Part shown: in pieces, positions 8,927-18,296 of the stretch | Layout of the letters: the number at the start of each line of letters is the position of its first letter | Position numbering within the stretch: position 1 is the first letter of the stretch | Virus record (IMG/VR): IMGVR_UViG_3300020042_001510 | Location: 1 to 51,030 of that record | DNA length: 51,030 bases | Direction: 5' to 3' (one strand) | DNA from: a virus | Lineage: Duplodnaviria; Caudoviricetes | The notes under the pieces: generated by a model | What the model saw: only the letters and a program-made list of their open reading frames with translations | Database searches by the model: none | Told to the model about the DNA's origin: nothing | Program-made: the position numbers and the translations under genes

Positions 8927-9335
8927 CGACAGTGAGTGGACAGCAGCAAGGTTCAGAAGCTTTGTTGTCTCTGCTCTGAGGACAGCAACACGTAGGTGGC
9001 CTCCAAAGTTTAAGGCTTTGAAGGAGGCCTACATTGGGAGACAGGTTAACAAGAAGACAAACAAGATGGCTATGCACTACGCTTGCGCTAGTTGCTCCAA
9101 TCATTTTGTTGCCAAGGATGTACAAGTTGATCACATCTTCCCTGTTGTTGATCCAAGAACAGGCTTCGTTGATTGGGAAACATACATTAGTAGGTTGTTC
9201 TGTGAGAAAGAAAACTTACAGGTGCTATGTAAACCATGCCATGTAGACAAGACAGCTTTAGAGAAATTACAAAGGAAAGAGAATGGGCAGACCAAAGAAA
9301 ATACAGGCAGAACAAGTAGAGCCAAGCACAAATGA
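8865..9335 (+). CDS. HNH endonuclease
   Basis: CASC...VQVDHIFPV...NLQVLCKPCH..KT; true start may be further downstream. Confidence 0.88.
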   Translation: MRKKSKVLETSSVSGTELKYNDSEWTAARFRSFVVSALRTATRRWPPKFKALKEAYIGRQVNKKTNKMAMHYACASCSNHFVAKDVQVDHIFPVVDPRTGFVDWETYISRLFCEKENLQVLCKPCHVDKTALEKLQRKENGQTKENTGRTSRAKHK

Positions 9336-9585
9336 GCAATGGTATCTATACCTTGTTGGCTACTGGGTTCCATTTCCTAGTAGTGAATATGGTGGGTTAC
9401 AGTGCGTCTTAGCACGTAACAAAGAAGAGGCAAAAGAAGCAATTAAGGAAGCAGCAGGAGACTTTATGGTTGGGTCTTTTAAAGATGCTGATGAACGCAT
9501 AGAGATGCGTATCAACAAAGCAGAAGTATTTCCTGTTATTGGTAGTTATGGTGAACCTCACATTGTAAGGAGTATGGAAACATGA
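9283..9585 (+). CDS. Hypothetical protein
   Basis: 100 aa, AAGGA SD, YWVPFPSSEYGG motif. Confidence 0.75.
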   Translation: MGRPKKIQAEQVEPSTNEQWYLYLVGYWVPFPSSEYGGLQCVLARNKEEAKEAIKEAAGDFMVGSFKDADERIEMRINKAEVFPVIGSYGEPHIVRSMET

Positions 9586-9758
9586 AGATTGAAATTATGG
9601 CTTTCAATGAGAACGAAGATGGCTCAGCCGATTGTTCTTTTGAGACAGATAAAGAAGGTAAAGAAGCCCTCTTTCGTTATGGCTTGCTGGCTCTGCTGAA
9701 AGAAGCAATGGCTCAAGGTCATGGACTAATGCCAACGGAGACAAATGATGGACAATGA
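9582..9758 (+). CDS. Hypothetical protein (58 aa)
   Basis: MKIEIMAFNENEDGSADCSFETDKEGKEALFRYG...; ATGA-coupled. Confidence 0.7.
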   Translation: MKIEIMAFNENEDGSADCSFETDKEGKEALFRYGLLALLKEAMAQGHGLMPTETNDGQ

Positions 9759-10023
9759 TAAGACTCGCTTTATGTTTCACGTAGAGCAAAAGGGATACTA
9801 CGATGACATAGAGTATCGTGCATATCCTGATGTCATTCTGACACAGTATGCCACCTTCGATGATGGTGCACGATGGCCTGATGCAATAAGAGCCTTTGCT
9901 CGTTTCTTAAGTAACATCTATGGCTATGATGTAGAAAAAGAATTCAACAAGATTTATGTAGACCCTCTTCATAAATACAAACAAGACGAGGACAGTCAAT
10001 TAGATTTGTTTAAAGACCAATGA
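9745..10023 (+). CDS. Hypothetical protein
   Basis: 92 aa, GGAG SD. Confidence 0.7.
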   Translation: MMDNDKTRFMFHVEQKGYYDDIEYRAYPDVILTQYATFDDGARWPDAIRAFARFLSNIYGYDVEKEFNKIYVDPLHKYKQDEDSQLDLFKDQ

Positions 10024-10781
10024 GACATTTAGTTATTCCTGACACACAATGCAAACCCGGAGTTTCTCTTGACCATCTGGAATGGGTGGGTAAGTATGCA
10101 GCAGACAAGAAACCAGATGTCATCATCCACCTTGGCGATCATTGGGATATGCCAAGCCTTTCAATTTACGATGTAGGGAAGAAAAGCTTTGAAGGTAGAA
10201 CGTATCAAGCAGATATTGAATCTGGTCACGCTGGAATGGAACTTCTTTTGTCTCCGATTAAAGCTGAGCAGTTGCGTCTTAAAAGAAACAAAGAAAAACA
10301 ATGGAACCCACGCCTTGTATTTCTTCTGGGAAACCATGAGGAACGGATTCAGAGAGCTATTGAGAGCGATAGAAAACTGGACGGACTCATTGGTTATCAC
10401 GACCTTAAACTTGCTTCTTATGGTTGGGAGTGTTTTGATTTTCTTCAGCCTGTCGTTCTGGATGGTATTGCTTATTGCCATTACTTCACTTCGGGTGTTA
10501 TGGGAAGGCCTGTTAGTTCGCCTGCGTTGATGCTCTCCAAGAAGCACATGAGTTGTGTGATGGGGCACGTACAGGACAGGGGCATTGCCTATGCTCGTAG
10601 GGCTGATGGTAAGCGTATGACAGGCTTGTTTGCTGGCATCTGCTACCAACACGATGAGAAGTACCTGACCCCTCAAACTAATGGCTCTTGGTCTGGTGTG
10701 TGGATGTTCAACGAGGTTGTTGAAGGTAGCTTTGATGAGCTTCCTGTTAGCCTTAACTACTTGCGTGAGACTTACGCATGA
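10020..10781 (+). CDS. Calcineurin-like metallophosphoesterase
   Basis: IPDTQ, HLGDHWD, LGNHE, HY, MGHVQ metal-binding motifs. Confidence 0.92.
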   Translation: MRHLVIPDTQCKPGVSLDHLEWVGKYAADKKPDVIIHLGDHWDMPSLSIYDVGKKSFEGRTYQADIESGHAGMELLLSPIKAEQLRLKRNKEKQWNPRLVFLLGNHEERIQRAIESDRKLDGLIGYHDLKLASYGWECFDFLQPVVLDGIAYCHYFTSGVMGRPVSSPALMLSKKHMSCVMGHVQDRGIAYARRADGKRMTGLFAGICYQHDEKYLTPQTNGSWSGVWMFNEVVEGSFDELPVSLNYLRETYA

Positions 10782-10933
10782 GCCTCACGCTATATGACAT
10801 TGCAGACTTGCTAAGAAGGGAAGACTGTGTTACAATATTAGAACTGTTGGACATAAGTAGTGATGACCTTGTTGACAGGTTCATGGATGTGATAGAAGAT
10901 AAAGCTGATAAGATAGAAAAGGAACTTGAATGA
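10778..10933 (+). CDS. Small acidic hypothetical protein (51 aa)
   Basis: MSLTLYDIADLLRRED...LELLDISSDDLVDRF; ATGA-coupled at both ends. Confidence 0.75.
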   Translation: MSLTLYDIADLLRREDCVTILELLDISSDDLVDRFMDVIEDKADKIEKELE

Positions 10934-12834
10934 AGAAGTACATGGGAAGTTATGAGCAGTTCATTGCTAAGAGTAGATATGCTCGTTACTTGAATGATGA
11001 ACAGCGGCGTGAGAATTGGGATGAGACAGTAGCTCGCTACTTAGAGTTTATGTACAAGCACTTAGAAAAAGAACATAACTACATCATTGCTGATGGAATG
11101 TACAAAGAACTGTATGATGCCATCTACAACATGGAAGTTATGCCTTCTATGCGTAGCGTTATGACTGCTGGTAAGGCATTGGAGCGAGACAACACTGCTG
11201 GCTATAACTGTTCCTATCTTCCTGTTGATGATGTTAAAAGCTTCGATGAAGCTATGTACATCTTATTGTGTGGTACAGGTGTTGGCTTCTCTGTTGAGCG
11301 TCAGTTCATACAGAAGCTGCCTGATGTGCCAGAGCTTCTCTTCAACAGCGATACCACCATCGTAGTGGCAGATAGCAAAGAAGGTTGGGCTAAGGCTTTA
11401 CGTCAGTGTATTGCCCTGCTCTACTCAGGTGAGATTCCTAAGTTCGATGTGTCCAAGGTTCGCCCTGCTGGTGCTCGTCTGAAGGTGTTTGGTGGACGTG
11501 CTAGTGGCCCTGAGCCATTGAAGGAACTCTTTGCCTTCGTCAGCAACATCTTCAAGAACGCTGCTGGACGTAAGCTCAACAGCCTTGAATGCCACGACAT
11601 CATGTGTAAGATTGGTGAGGTAGTTGTAGTTGGTGGTGTACGACGCAGTGCTATGATTAGCTTGTCAAACCTATCAGATGATCGTATGCGTAACGCTAAG
11701 AGTGGTGCATGGTGGGAGAAGAGTGGACAACGTGCATTGGCTAACAACAGTGCTTGCTATACAGAGCGTCCTGACATGGGCATCTTCATGCAAGAATGGA
11801 ATAGCCTGTACGAGAGCAAGAGTGGTGAACGTGGTGTGTTCAATCGTGAAGCAGCAAAGAACATTGTAAAGAAAAATGGCAGACGAAATCCTGATTTTGA
11901 CTTTGGAACTAATCCGTGCTCTGAGATTATTCTACGACCATATCAGTTCTGTAATCTTTCCGAAATTGTTGTACGTGCTGACGACACTGTAGACACCTTG
12001 AAACGTAAGGCACGTTTAGCCACGATCTTAGGTACATTCCAGAGCACATTGACCCACTTCCCATACCTACGTAAGGTGTGGCAGAAGAACACAGAGGAAG
12101 AGCGTTTGTTGGGTGTGTCGATGACAGGCATCATGGACAACGCACGACTAAACAACCCTGATGACATGGGTGTTGGTGTCATCTTGGAACAGATTCGGAA
12201 CGTCTGTGTTGCAACAAACCAGCTTCTGGCTGAGCAGCTTGGTATTCCTCAGTCTGCTGCCATCACTTGTGTTAAGCCTTCTGGTACTGTTAGTCAGCTT
12301 ACTGATAGTGCCTCTGGTATTCACACTCGTCATGCTGCTTACTACTACCGCCGTGTTCGTGCAGACATTAAAGACCCTCTGACACAGCACATGATTGCAG
12401 CAGGGGTACAGGCAGAGCCTTGTGTGATGAAGCCTGACCAGACTATGGTGTTTACCTTCCCCAAGAAAGCACCAGAGGGAGCCTTGTTGCGTGAGGACTT
12501 AACAGCCCTTGAGCACCTACGCTTATGGCTCATCTTCCAGCGTCACTGGTGTGAGCACAAGCCCTCTGTGACCATCTCTGTTAAGGAACATGAGTGGATG
12601 GAAGTTGGAGCTTTTGTATGGCAGTACTTCGATGAGATGAGTGGTGTGTCCTTCTTGCCCTATGATGGTGGCTCGTATCGACAAGCCCCTTATGAAGACT
12701 GCACTAAAGAGCAATACGATGCTTTGATAGCTATCACCCCTCAAGACATTGATTGGGATAGTTTAGTTGAAGCTGAAGACAATGTTGAAGGTACACAGAT
12801 GCTTGCATGTGTGGCTGGTGTTTGTGAAATCTAA
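10930..12834 (+). CDS. nrdJ: Class II (adenosylcobalamin-dependent, monomeric-type) ribonucleotide reductase
   Basis: YNCSY, GTGVGFS, GGVRRSA, GTNPCSEI..FCNL, TCVKPSGT, C-terminal CVAGVC; no beta subunit gene nearby. Confidence 0.93.
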   Translation: MKKYMGSYEQFIAKSRYARYLNDEQRRENWDETVARYLEFMYKHLEKEHNYIIADGMYKELYDAIYNMEVMPSMRSVMTAGKALERDNTAGYNCSYLPVDDVKSFDEAMYILLCGTGVGFSVERQFIQKLPDVPELLFNSDTTIVVADSKEGWAKALRQCIALLYSGEIPKFDVSKVRPAGARLKVFGGRASGPEPLKELFAFVSNIFKNAAGRKLNSLECHDIMCKIGEVVVVGGVRRSAMISLSNLSDDRMRNAKSGAWWEKSGQRALANNSACYTERPDMGIFMQEWNSLYESKSGERGVFNREAAKNIVKKNGRRNPDFDFGTNPCSEIILRPYQFCNLSEIVVRADDTVDTLKRKARLATILGTFQSTLTHFPYLRKVWQKNTEEERLLGVSMTGIMDNARLNNPDDMGVGVILEQIRNVCVATNQLLAEQLGIPQSAAITCVKPSGTVSQLTDSASGIHTRHAAYYYRRVRADIKDPLTQHMIAAGVQAEPCVMKPDQTMVFTFPKKAPEGALLREDLTALEHLRLWLIFQRHWCEHKPSVTISVKEHEWMEVGAFVWQYFDEMSGVSFLPYDGGSYRQAPYEDCTKEQYDALIAITPQDIDWDSLVEAEDNVEGTQMLACVAGVCEI

Positions 12835-12843
12835 GGAGCTATT

Positions 12844-13032
12844 ATGATAATGTTTACGTTGCGTCAGGGTATTGGTTTGGACATTGAGTACAATGAGGAC
12901 ATCTGCCACATTGTTACCAATGGTACAGAAGAGAATGTGGTAGCCTTTGCTGGCATCCTCATCAAGCTGCCATTTGTCACAATCTATATAGGTGACTTCT
13001 ACGATCTAGAAGATGAACCTGTGAAGGTATAA
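12844..13032 (+). CDS. Hypothetical protein
   Basis: 62 aa, AAGGAG SD, last gene before terminator. Confidence 0.75.
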   Translation: MIMFTLRQGIGLDIEYNEDICHIVTNGTEENVVAFAGILIKLPFVTIYIGDFYDLEDEPVKV

Positions 13033-13070
13033 TAAAAAAGGGGACTATTAAGTCCCCTTTCTTTTGCTTT
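13031..13070. terminator. Bidirectional rho-independent terminator between convergent arms
   Basis: AAAGGGGACT-ATTA-AGTCCCCTTT stem 13037-13060 with A-run upstream and T-rich run downstream. Confidence 0.9.
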
Positions 13071-13110
13071 CTTTTTTCTTTCTTTCGCTTTCTTTTTGGT
13101 AACTACAGAG

Positions 13111-15129
13111 TTACCTTAGTGGTACGCTTCCCTGTAAGCCCTTGCTTATTAGATACTCGTTATAAAACTCAGTAGCAAACTTAGGGTCTGTCTTATAAAG
13201 CTCACCTGTCAGTTGTCTTGCAGCAGCACTTCTGCTTTTCTCCAAGATTGCTTTAACATACTGCTCTTGTTTAAATGGGTCAGCCTTGCTCCATTGTGGG
13301 CTATTCATTGTTTTCTCTAAGCCAGCAGAGAAGTAACCACCAGCAAGCTGACCATAGCGTGATAGTTGTTCTGCTGAAAGATCAACCTTACCAACCTTCT
13401 TACCAATGCCTTTAATGTCTACATCCACTGCATTTAGACGCTTCTGAAGTTCTGTTGGTGTAAACACTTTAACACCAAGAAGTACTTCACTAATGCTTGT
13501 CTTAACAGGTTGTCCCATATTGTCATAGCGCACAGGCAGAGTGTCACGTAAGCCGGGGATACGTCCCTTAAGCTTGTCAATGAAGCCCACCACTTGTCGC
13601 TCATATGGGTCAAAGCCTCGTGCTACAGCAGCAATACCAGCAGGAATAGCTGTGGTTGAATATGCTTCTACGAAAGCATTACCATATCGCTCAGGGTTCA
13701 AAGCAGCAGAAATTACTTTAGCAATACCCTCAACAAAAGACTTATTCAATATGTTATCAGCTACGCTTTGTGCAGTTGCACTAGCAAAGTAGCCTGCTAT
13801 CTTATCTGCTGTTGCTTTATCCCACTTAGGGTCTTTTCTATAATCATTGTATGTCTGGTGCATATCAGCAACCAAGCCAAACATAGTAGCTAATGGCTCA
13901 ATACGAGCATAGCTGTACCATGAGTCACCAATCTTCACAGAGAACTTAGGCAAATCCCCTTGAGGACTAGAGCCTGTTATAGCACCCTGTTCAACAAGAG
14001 CATTAACATATAGAGTTGCAGCCATGCCCATCATTTGTTTGGCAATGAGGCGTTCTCTTTGTACAGGCTGAGCTAATGCCCAATCAAACTTACCTGTTCC
14101 CCTGCCTACTAATGGGTCAATAACTTCCTTACGTGCCAAGGCTCCAATGCCGGGCATATATGCTGCACCTTCTTTAAGAATGTTGTATGGTGTCTTAACA
14201 AAGGGAATAATCAAAGCACCAACAAGGGGATTCCTAGCTCTGAGTTCTTGCACTACCTTAGCAAGACCACCAAGGTTTTCTTGAAACACCTTCTCTTTAG
14301 CAAAGTTAGCAATGTCTGTTGTTCCCTTGACACCAAATGTCTCACGCATCAAACTATTCCAGTTGTCTGGATTCATGCGATTCTCTACTGCCTTTGCATA
14401 TGCCTCATCTTTAGACACACCAAGCTTCTCAGCCAAGAGGTCAGCATCTCTGTAAGCTTTAGCATTGAACTCCATCCTACGTAGAGTGGCCTTCCAGAAC
14501 TCATCAATAGCTACACCAGCCTTAGAGCCAAGGCGCAACACCTTACCTATAGTTCCGGGTATGGCTTGTGTTGCTTGGTCATACAACACTTCCTTGAGAG
14601 CCTCTCCTCTAACATCATCAAAGCCATACTTAACTTGAGCATCTCTAAACTCTTTAGCTGTCATACCAAAGGAGGCAGCATCAATCTTTAAATCAAGAGG
14701 CTTACCTGTAACCCATCCAGCTTTAGCAAAGTCCATGCCTTCACTAAAGCCTTGAAGCATTCCCTTGAGCATAACAAAGCCTTCGCCCATCTTACGTTGG
14801 TCAGCCTTGTTTGCTGTTGCCTTACCTACAATGGCTTCCATCTCCCTTAACAAGGGGCTAAAAAATACCTGACCAGCACCAGACATTATGTTAGTTGATA
14901 TGTTTGTTGGGGCTGTTAAGTAACCATTGATTACATACTCAGCAGCCATTGCTCTAATCTTCTTAAAGCCTGTTGCATCTTTGATGGCTCGTCCTGTCAT
15001 CTCACTCTTCAAAGCATTAGCTTCTGCTTGCGATAGCTGACCATTCTTTACAATGTCATCAACAAGCTTGTGCATGTCAGCCATCTCAAGGATGTTCAAC
15101 GTACACTTTGGATCAAATTTACCAGCCAT
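13111..15129 (-). CDS. Internal virion (ejection) protein, large, set A
   Basis: INGYLT, DEFWK, PFVKTPYNI, GAITGS, YSYARIEP motifs also seen in 29106-31955; start reassigned to ATG 15129 (TAAGGA SD). Confidence 0.75.
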   Translation of the reverse strand: MAGKFDPKCTLNILEMADMHKLVDDIVKNGQLSQAEANALKSEMTGRAIKDATGFKKIRAMAAEYVINGYLTAPTNISTNIMSGAGQVFFSPLLREMEAIVGKATANKADQRKMGEGFVMLKGMLQGFSEGMDFAKAGWVTGKPLDLKIDAASFGMTAKEFRDAQVKYGFDDVRGEALKEVLYDQATQAIPGTIGKVLRLGSKAGVAIDEFWKATLRRMEFNAKAYRDADLLAEKLGVSKDEAYAKAVENRMNPDNWNSLMRETFGVKGTTDIANFAKEKVFQENLGGLAKVVQELRARNPLVGALIIPFVKTPYNILKEGAAYMPGIGALARKEVIDPLVGRGTGKFDWALAQPVQRERLIAKQMMGMAATLYVNALVEQGAITGSSPQGDLPKFSVKIGDSWYSYARIEPLATMFGLVADMHQTYNDYRKDPKWDKATADKIAGYFASATAQSVADNILNKSFVEGIAKVISAALNPERYGNAFVEAYSTTAIPAGIAAVARGFDPYERQVVGFIDKLKGRIPGLRDTLPVRYDNMGQPVKTSISEVLLGVKVFTPTELQKRLNAVDVDIKGIGKKVGKVDLSAEQLSRYGQLAGGYFSAGLEKTMNSPQWSKADPFKQEQYVKAILEKSRSAAARQLTGELYKTDPKFATEFYNEYLISKGLQGSVPLR

Positions 15130-15137
15130 AATATTCC

Positions 15138-17162
15138 TTATTGACAATCAACACCGGGTTGAAACAATCCTTTAACTTCTTTACCAGCTTCAAACTCTGA
15201 TCGTGCAAGCTTGAAAGCATTGAGGGTGTCAGAAGCTTTTGTTCTTTGTCCCTGATAGATACCAAGAATACCAATTGGAAGTTGGCTTCTGTATGTCAGT
15301 GTTTGTAGAGCAGAATCAGTGAGCTCACCAGCATCACGCAAGCGATTTATCTCAGATAGATTAGCAGACAGGGTGGCTCGTGCTTCTTCGTAGACAGGAC
15401 GGAAGGCTTCAACTTCAGCCCTATTCCAACTCTTGTCTATGTTAGGAAAGTTGCCCTTGTCATCTTGTTTGAATACCCAATCTTCTATTGAGCCTTCTTC
15501 TCTTTCCATCCTAGCAGCAGCTTTAGCGCCAGCCTTCTGTGTTCCTTCAAGGCTACCACCGAACTCACCACGTCCACGCAGTTGTCTGCCTTTAGCACCA
15601 AGGACACCAATAGCTTTAGAGAACAAGTCATTCAGTTGTGCATTGTCTGAGATAGGGGCTACGTTAGCACCACGTGTCTGACCACCAGTAAGCAGCTTCT
15701 CTGCATTGGTTGGAAAAGGAACACTCTCAGCATACAGAAGTTCTCTTGGAGTGGCAGCAGCACCACCGCTTTGGAAGCCTCTAGCAGGGGCAGCAGGGAC
15801 TTCTGTAGGGGTAGGCATAGGAGCACCTTGAACAGGGGCTTGCTGAGCCATTCTAGGGGCTTCTTGAGGCATAGCCTCTGCTCTACCTGTACGCTCCATC
15901 ACCTGTTGCATACGTGCATCACGAGCAGCTACTTGTTCTGGAAGAACTCCCTGTCGTGTCTCCACTTGTACAGGGAATTCTCTAGCAGCAGGGGCTACCA
16001 TTCCCTTGAGCTTCTCTACCTCAGCCTTCTTAGCTTCAATCTGTCTAACCAAATACTGCTGTGCTGTTCCTTGCTTAGCAGCTTCAACAATCTGTTGCTT
16101 AAGAACAGGAACTTCTTCTGGTGCTGCACTCTTAAATAAAGCAGCCACTTGCTTGGCAGGGGCTTCTCGTGTGGGAGCAACAAGGCCAAACCTAGCAGGG
16201 AGGTCTTGGTTATCTGGAGACTTAAACAGGGCAGCAATTTGCTTCTCTGTTGGTACTTTTGTTGGGTCTTTTAAACCAAGGAAGTCACCAACTTCTTTCT
16301 CTGGTTGTTGTCTCTGAACATTGGCAAGGTCTGTTTCAAACTTAGCAATCTCAGCTTCTGTCTTGGTGATACGTTCTTCAACAAGCTTTGTTTGTACAGG
16401 GTCAAGAGGCTCACGTACAGGAGGTACAGGAGTGCCCTCAGCTTCTGCTCTACGTAGGTAGGCAGGAGTTTCATAGTTGACAGCCTGTGCCTGTGCTTCG
16501 GCTGCTTGTTTGCTTGGTGGATTATCAATAGCTTTAGCCACATCATCAATGGCAGCTTTAGTTGTAACTTCGTCTGCTGCTTTGATAGCTCGCTTCTCAA
16601 GGAAGTTAATAACTCCCTCACTAGCCTTACCTAAGCCAGCACCAAAGACAGTACCGACAGCAGTGCCAGCTACTGTATTAAACAAACGACTCTCTTCTGG
16701 TGTAAGGATAGGCTCTAACGCACCGCTTAAACCTCCCTGTACTGCGCCTTGTTTAGCCATAGTTCCAGCAAGGGTTGCAGCCTTTAAGCCTTTAAGGGCA
16801 AAGGCAGGGGCTGTAACAGGGTCAGCAATAGCGCCAGCAAGCTCACCAACCATACCAGCAACAGGAGCATTAGCAGAAGCAATGCCTGCTGCTGTGCGTT
16901 CAGCTAAGGCTCTCTCTTTATTAAGGCCACCATAAAGGTCTACAATTCCCTTAATAGTACTACCACCAGATTGAATAAAACGCTTCATCGCTCCAGTGAA
17001 GGCTGTCTCTCCCATCAGTGTTGAAATAATCTGCTCATCAGTAATCCCTGCTTTACGAGCAGCTTGATAATCATAATTATTTCTATCTGCTAGAGTAGGA
17101 ACAATGTCTGCTGGAGATAAACCAGCGGCAAGTGCATCTTCTAGTGCATAATATTCTGCCAT
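15138..17162 (-). CDS. Internal virion (ejection) protein, set A
   Basis: Ala/Gly-rich N-terminal helices, Pro/Ala linker, position after tail-tube genes. Confidence 0.7.
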   Translation of the reverse strand: MAEYYALEDALAAGLSPADIVPTLADRNNYDYQAARKAGITDEQIISTLMGETAFTGAMKRFIQSGGSTIKGIVDLYGGLNKERALAERTAAGIASANAPVAGMVGELAGAIADPVTAPAFALKGLKAATLAGTMAKQGAVQGGLSGALEPILTPEESRLFNTVAGTAVGTVFGAGLGKASEGVINFLEKRAIKAADEVTTKAAIDDVAKAIDNPPSKQAAEAQAQAVNYETPAYLRRAEAEGTPVPPVREPLDPVQTKLVEERITKTEAEIAKFETDLANVQRQQPEKEVGDFLGLKDPTKVPTEKQIAALFKSPDNQDLPARFGLVAPTREAPAKQVAALFKSAAPEEVPVLKQQIVEAAKQGTAQQYLVRQIEAKKAEVEKLKGMVAPAAREFPVQVETRQGVLPEQVAARDARMQQVMERTGRAEAMPQEAPRMAQQAPVQGAPMPTPTEVPAAPARGFQSGGAAATPRELLYAESVPFPTNAEKLLTGGQTRGANVAPISDNAQLNDLFSKAIGVLGAKGRQLRGRGEFGGSLEGTQKAGAKAAARMEREEGSIEDWVFKQDDKGNFPNIDKSWNRAEVEAFRPVYEEARATLSANLSEINRLRDAGELTDSALQTLTYRSQLPIGILGIYQGQRTKASDTLNAFKLARSEFEAGKEVKGLFQPGVDCQ

Positions 17163-18287
17163 TTAGAATCCCATTGGGTTTGTATAAGATGCTGGACTTG
17201 AATCTCTGAAGAAAGACTTTGGATCAGGTTTAGTCTTAGGAGCAGCAGCAGCAGGAGTGCCAGCAGCAGGGGCAGGCTGTGTAGCATTTGGATTAGCTAC
17301 AGGTGCAACACCAATGCCTTGCTCACGTGCGGCATCATTAATGTTGTCATAAATGTTACCATCTTTACCACGAACTTTTCCTGACTTAGGATTGATAGCA
17401 CCAACATACATCTTAACAGGAGGTGCTCCGGGAAACTCAGCAGGAACTTGTACAGAAGCTGGCTGAGAGAAGTTCTCTTGATTCATCTTCTCACGAGCAA
17501 GTTGATTAGCATCGGCTCCTCGTGCTTCCATTGCTTTCCAATGAGAAGCTTGTGCAGCATAGTGCTCTTTCTTCATATCAAGTTCAGCTTGTGTGTTTGC
17601 AAGCTTTGTAGTAATATCAACAATCTTACCTTGAGCAATAGCTATCTGTGCAGGGGTTAAGGCTTGTTTAGTATTGGGGTCAATACCTGTATCTACAGCT
17701 TGTTGCAAATAGTTCTTATTACCAACATCGCCACGTTGTGCCTCTTCTAAACTCATCACCTCTAAGCCACTCTTCTTCAAGATGTTAGGGAACAACTGTG
17801 TCTCTTGGTCAAACTTAATTTTTCTTTGTGCAGCCTCATCCATAGCACGTTGCTCAGCAGAGACAGCACGTCCCTCTCCTGACACAGCACGAGCTTCTTG
17901 GCTTGCTGCCAATGTCATTGCTTGTTCATCACGCTTAGCTGTACGAGCACGTTCTGTTGCAGCCATAGCATCTTGTGTCAATCCACGAGCAGCTAATCCC
18001 TTTGCTAGGTTGGCATACATCTCTGCATCTGTGCCACCCATCTTTGTAGCTTCTGCCATTGCTTCGTTCACACCTTGAATGCGAACCTCATCAGGGGCTC
18101 TACCGCCTAACAAGCGTCCAGCACCATAACCAAAACTAGCACCAGCGTTAGCTCCTATTGCTGGTATCTGCTGTAGCAAACTCAGGTTGTTCATCTGACC
18201 CGGGGAGGTAAGCAAGCCTTCGTAGAACTGCTGAGCAGCCTGCTGCTGTGTTGGTAAATTAAAAAGACCTTCAACTGTTGTAGCCAT
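17163..18287 (-). CDS. Internal virion protein, set A
   Basis: Gln/Ala-rich helical protein, GYGAGRLLGG motif, synteny. Confidence 0.65.
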   Translation of the reverse strand: MATTVEGLFNLPTQQQAAQQFYEGLLTSPGQMNNLSLLQQIPAIGANAGASFGYGAGRLLGGRAPDEVRIQGVNEAMAEATKMGGTDAEMYANLAKGLAARGLTQDAMAATERARTAKRDEQAMTLAASQEARAVSGEGRAVSAEQRAMDEAAQRKIKFDQETQLFPNILKKSGLEVMSLEEAQRGDVGNKNYLQQAVDTGIDPNTKQALTPAQIAIAQGKIVDITTKLANTQAELDMKKEHYAAQASHWKAMEARGADANQLAREKMNQENFSQPASVQVPAEFPGAPPVKMYVGAINPKSGKVRGKDGNIYDNINDAAREQGIGVAPVANPNATQPAPAAGTPAAAAPKTKPDPKSFFRDSSPASYTNPMGF

Positions 18288-18296
18288 CTTTATTCC

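Noticed and set aside
13057-13100. Polypyrimidine tract as a separate element
   Set aside because: Adjacent to the terminator U-tract; no further structure supportable
16125-16250. Internal KQ(I/V)AALFKS duplication in the 674-aa protein
   Set aside because: Two short copies in a low-complexity linker; no evidence of function
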